DNA of 64,000 bases from a candidate division WOR-3 bacterium (GTDB lineage Bacteria > Hydrothermota > Hydrothermia > B15-G9 > WFZT01). The stretch's first letter is position 1. Each line of letters starts with the position of its first letter. Position numbers and translations under genes: made by a program. The notes under the pieces were generated by a model that worked only from the letters and a program-made list of their open reading frames with translations, made no database searches and had not been told where the DNA came from. Location: NCBI GenBank assembly GCA_027053075.1, contig JALUEE010000033.1, positions 32,001-96,000 of the forward strand. Direction: 5' to 3'. Of the stretch, positions 60,702 through 64,000 are shown one piece after another.

Positions 60702-60801
60702 ACCTGAATAAATTAAAATCCCGCCCCCGTCTTATCAATGAAAGTAAGGTGGTAATTTTGAATAATTCCAATTATAATAAACTTAAAAAGGAGGTTGAGT
60801 C

Positions 60802-61197
60802 ATGAAAACATTCGGAGAATTAATTCAAACAGCTGATTGGAAGACCGAGAAGCACGCTCCAGTCTTTGACCTTCCAGAGAAGGTCAAAAAGGGTGAGAAG
60901 GTAATGATCACCGTTTCCGTGGGTAAAGAAATTCCACACCCAAACACAACCGAGCATCACATCGAGTATATCGAGGTCTTCTTCCTGCCCGAGGGCGAGG
61001 CAAAGCCACTCCACGTTGGCAGGTTTGAATTTGCCGCTCATGGTGCGTCAACTCAAGGTCCCAACACGAGCACGGTTTATGCAGAGCCAATTGTGGCCTT
61101 TGCCTTTAAAACGGAGAAGCCGGGCACATTCTACGCATTCTCATTCTGCAACATTCATGGACTCTGGGGCGGAACAGCTGAACTGAAAGTCGAATAA
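60802..61197 (+). CDS. sor: Superoxide reductase (1Fe, neelaredoxin type)
   Basis: EKHAP, HPNTTEHHI, CNIHGLW. Confidence 0.94.
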   Translation: MKTFGELIQTADWKTEKHAPVFDLPEKVKKGEKVMITVSVGKEIPHPNTTEHHIEYIEVFFLPEGEAKPLHVGRFEFAAHGASTQGPNTSTVYAEPIVAFAFKTEKPGTFYAFSFCNIHGLWGGTAELKVE

Positions 61198-61205
61198 AAT
61201 TTTCA

Positions 61206-61240
61206 TGTGAGGGGGCGCCGCGGAGCGGCGCCCCCTCACA
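61206..61240. repeat. Perfect 16-bp hairpin with GGA triloop
   Basis: TGTGAGGGGGCGCCGC-gga-GCGGCGCCCCCTCACA. Confidence 0.8.
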
Positions 61241-61270
61241 AAACATCAAAATCCCTCAAAGGAGTAAAAA

Positions 61271-61435
61271 ATGAAAAAGTACAGATGCACAATCTGTGGG
61301 TATGTCTATGACCCGGAAAAGGGTGACCCGGACAACGGCATTGAGCCGGGAACCCCGTTTGAAGAACTGCCTGATGACTGGACATGCCCACTTTGCGGAG
61401 CAGAAAAAGAAGAATTTGAGCCTGTGGAGGAGTGA
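61271..61435 (+). CDS. Rubredoxin (54 aa; not in ORF track)
   Basis: [62 protein letters not shown]. Confidence 0.97.
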   Translation: MKKYRCTICGYVYDPEKGDPDNGIEPGTPFEELPDDWTCPLCGAEKEEFEPVEE

Positions 61436-61437
61436 AA

Positions 61438-62625
61438 ATGGCCATTTTTAAGGTTAAAGATAACGTGTACGAAGTTGGAGCGATTCACTGGGACAGAGCT
61501 ATTTTCGATGAACTCATTCCACTGCCCCATGGAACATCCTACAATTCATACCTTATCAAGGGCTCGGAGAAAACAGCGCTTATAGATACCGTTGACCCGG
61601 ACACACTGGAGCAGCTACTTGCAAACCTGCACCATCTTAAAGTTGAGAAAATCGACTACATTATCTCCAGTCATGCAGAGCAGGACCACTCAGGTGGTAT
61701 TCCGGAGCTTCTTAAGCTCTACCCTAAAGCGAAGGTCGTTACAAACGCCAAGTGTAAAACGTTCCTTATGGACCTCCTTCATATTCCGGAGGACAAATTC
61801 ATAGTTGTCGGTGATGGAGAAAAGCTTTCCCTCGGTGATAAGACCCTCGAATTTATCCTTACCCCCTGGGTACACTGGCCCGAGACCATGACTACCTACC
61901 TGGTGGAAGACAAGATCGCATTCACCTGCGACTTCTTTGGTTCACATCTTGCAACGACCAACATGCTGATCGAAGAAGACCCTGTTGTTTTAGAAGAGGC
62001 CAAGAGATATTACGCAGAGATCATGATGCCATTCCGCCGCCAGATTGCAAAGAATATCGCCAAGCTGGAAGAGCGGGAAATTGAAATTATTGCGCCGAGC
62101 CACGGACCTGTTTACCTCAAGCCTCAATTTATCATCAGCGCCTACAAAGACTGGATTGACGAGAGTAAGGTAACAAACACAGTGATTCTGCCATATGTCT
62201 CCATGCACGGCAGCACAAAGAGAATGGTGTGCCATTTCATCGATGCCCTTGTAAAACGCGGAATCCATGTTAAGCCCTTCAACCTCACGAAGGCGGACCT
62301 TGGCCAGCTTTCCATTGCACTTGTGGACGCAGCGACTCTTGTTGTGGGAACTCCAATGGTACTTGCCGGTGCCCATCCAGCTGCAATTTACGGAGTCTTT
62401 CTGGTCAATGCTCTGAAGCCCAAGATTAAATACGCATCCTTTATTGGTTCCTACGGCTGGGGTGGAAGAATGCTCGACCAGATGAAGGCCTTGCTCACAC
62501 AGATTAAGCCAGAAATTCTGGAGCCTGTGGTGGTTAAAGGGAATCCAAGGGCTGAGGATTTCAAGAAACTGGACGAGCTTGCGGATAAAATTTTAGAAAA
62601 GCATAAAGAACTTGGAGTAATTTAA
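61438..62625 (+). CDS. fprA: Flavodiiron protein (FprA/A-type flavoprotein)
   Basis: HAEQDH, HWPE, CDFFG, SHG; flavodoxin domain SMHGST, GSYGWGG. Confidence 0.94.
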   Translation: MAIFKVKDNVYEVGAIHWDRAIFDELIPLPHGTSYNSYLIKGSEKTALIDTVDPDTLEQLLANLHHLKVEKIDYIISSHAEQDHSGGIPELLKLYPKAKVVTNAKCKTFLMDLLHIPEDKFIVVGDGEKLSLGDKTLEFILTPWVHWPETMTTYLVEDKIAFTCDFFGSHLATTNMLIEEDPVVLEEAKRYYAEIMMPFRRQIAKNIAKLEEREIEIIAPSHGPVYLKPQFIISAYKDWIDESKVTNTVILPYVSMHGSTKRMVCHFIDALVKRGIHVKPFNLTKADLGQLSIALVDAATLVVGTPMVLAGAHPAAIYGVFLVNALKPKIKYASFIGSYGWGGRMLDQMKALLTQIKPEILEPVVVKGNPRAEDFKKLDELADKILEKHKELGVI

Positions 62626-62629
62626 TTCT

Positions 62630-62662
62630 TGAGTGGGGCGCCGCTTCGCGGCGCCCCACTCA
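62630..62662. repeat. Perfect 15-bp hairpin with TTC/GAA triloop
   Basis: TGAGTGGGGCGCCGC-ttc-GCGGCGCCCCACTCA. Confidence 0.8.
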
Positions 62663-62671
62663 CTTATTTCT

Positions 62672-62935
62672 ATGGACTCCCAAAAACTTCGCAAAGCATC
62701 AAAAGAATTTAACCGCTACAGGGCCCCTGAATGCAGGGTAAAAACCATCAAAAATACCAAAGACAGGCTCGTTGTAAAATTCGAAGGCACGGGGGCAAAT
62801 TTTTACTGCTGCTATGACGAAAATTTCATTGACTACCTATACTACCTGAAAGACCACACCGGTGAGTCCATGAAAATAAAGGATGTTCGTCAGCCCGCAC
62901 CAGATTCGTTTATTGTTATTTACGAAAAAGATTAA
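62672..62935 (+). CDS. Small hypothetical protein (EFNRYRAPE...CC motif)
   Basis: 87 aa from ATG 62672; the upstream part of the track ORF is the hairpin. Confidence 0.65.
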   Translation: MDSQKLRKASKEFNRYRAPECRVKTIKNTKDRLVVKFEGTGANFYCCYDENFIDYLYYLKDHTGESMKIKDVRQPAPDSFIVIYEKD

Positions 62936-62939
62936 GCCT

Positions 62940-64000
62940 TCACTTCATCAATCCCCACACCCGAGGCAAATACGTTGTCAAAAATGGTGTGTACATGAGC
63001 AAAATCAGGGCTGAGAATGCCGCTATAATGAATGGAACTGCCGCCTTCGATATATCCTCAAAGTCCACTTTCGCAATGTTTGCCGCGACAAATAGATTCA
63101 CCCCTACAGGCGGAGTTATCTGTCCAATGGCGAGATTGATGGTCATAATCACACCAAACCACAGGTAATTCCAGTGAAATTTATCGAGAATCGGGAGCAG
63201 GATCGGCAGGAAGATAAAGTAGATTGAAATGGCATCCAGAAACATACCGGCGAGCAAAAGCAGAATGTTTATCATGAAAATTGCAATTACCGGTGATTTC
63301 CCTATGGACAGAATAAAAGCTGTAATTTTGTCCATCAGCCCAAGGGTTGAACCTGTCCATGAAAAAATTCCGGCGAATGTAACGATTATCATAATCACGG
63401 ATGCGTTTATCGCCGCATCCACCATCAGGTGATAAAGGCTCTTAAAATCGATGGTTCTATAGATAAAAACACCCACAAAGAGGCCGTAAAATACAGCAAC
63501 TGAGGCCGCTTCTGTGGGCGTGAATATTCCACCGTAAATTCCTCCAAGAATGATAACAGGCGCCATAAGCGCCCAGAAGGCATCCTTGAAGCTTATGAGA
63601 AGTTCCTTTAGCGTCGGAAACTCCTCTTTTCTGTAGCCCTCTTTTTTAGAAATAAGGTAAGCCGCTGTCATCAGGGCAAAGCCCACGATTATTCCAGGTA
63701 TAATACCGCCTGCAAAGAGGGCTGGAACAGAAGTATTTGTGATGGTTCCATAGATAATCAAAGCAATACTCGGCGGGATAACAATCCCGAGACTACCAGA
63801 GGCCGCCACAAGAGCGGCGGCAAAATCTGCTCTGTAACCGGCCTTTTTCATGCCCGGTATCAAAATCGTGCTCAGGGCAGCAGTATCAGCAGGTCCGGAG
63901 CCCGAAATCGCAGCCCAGAACATACCTACGAGGACAGTGACAATTGCAAGTCCACCTGTCACAAACCCTGCAAGCTTCTTCATGAAGAGAACCATCTTCT
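62940..64000 (-). CDS. dctM: TRAP transporter large permease, 3' part (5' end outside window)
   Basis: SGSGPAD, GIVIPPSI, FTPTEAA, GQITPPVGVNLF. Confidence 0.92.
   Translation of the reverse strand, partial: KMVLFMKKLAGFVTGGLAIVTVLVGMFWAAISGSGPADTAALSTILIPGMKKAGYRADFAAALVAASGSLGIVIPPSIALIIYGTITNTSVPALFAGGIIPGIIVGFALMTAAYLISKKEGYRKEEFPTLKELLISFKDAFWALMAPVIILGGIYGGIFTPTEAASVAVFYGLFVGVFIYRTIDFKSLYHLMVDAAINASVIMIIVTFAGIFSWTGSTLGLMDKITAFILSIGKSPVIAIFMINILLLLAGMFLDAISIYFIFLPILLPILDKFHWNYLWFGVIMTINLAIGQITPPVGVNLFVAANIAKVDFEDISKAAVPFIIAAFSALILLMYTPFLTTYLPRVWGLMK

Noticed and set aside
61236..61530. Minus-strand ORFs 61236..61445 and 61306..61530
   Set aside because: They are antisense to the clear rubredoxin and fprA genes.

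Overview
This is a gene-dense bacterial chromosomal window. It is probably from a thermophilic, anaerobic diderm of the FCB-adjacent/WOR-3 type; that is an inference from lpxK, T9SS-type C-terminal domains, Lys/Glu-rich proteins and archaeal/Thermotoga-like redox genes. Housekeeping content: ligA (partial), asnS, lpxK, leuCDB, fabD, rnpB, trpB2, pdp, ispDF, recG, xth, pnp, rpsO-rplI-rpsR-ssb-rpsF, hppA, pth, rplY and prs. Accessory content: an RsbV/W/U partner-switching module without a sigma factor, a complete cellulose-synthase locus, a 2377-aa T9SS-type secreted Ig/FN3-repeat protein, and an oxidative-stress cluster (SOR, a rubredoxin missing from the ORF track, FprA, ferritin-VIT1). Most interesting observations: (1) the bcs operon opens with a cysteine-less V4R-fold protein (possible BcsD counterpart) and a BcsR/BcsP-like protein, while bcsZ is inverted and shares overlapping divergent promoters with bcsC; (2) an unannotated, apparently leaderless Trp/Phe-rich leader peptide (MFGSTFSYTFLAWPFWWHGGK) with a hairpin and a C-rich, G-poor tail sits ahead of stand-alone trpB2, suggesting non-classical, possibly Rho-dependent attenuation; (3) an amino-acid permease is fused to a degenerate nucleotidyltransferase domain; (4) the RsbW-like kinase has CxxC in place of its G1 box; (5) several genes have leaderless promoter geometry; (6) there are two families of intergenic palindromes. 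No tRNA, rRNA, CRISPR array or transposase was seen. All family assignments come from motif recognition by eye; no database search was run.
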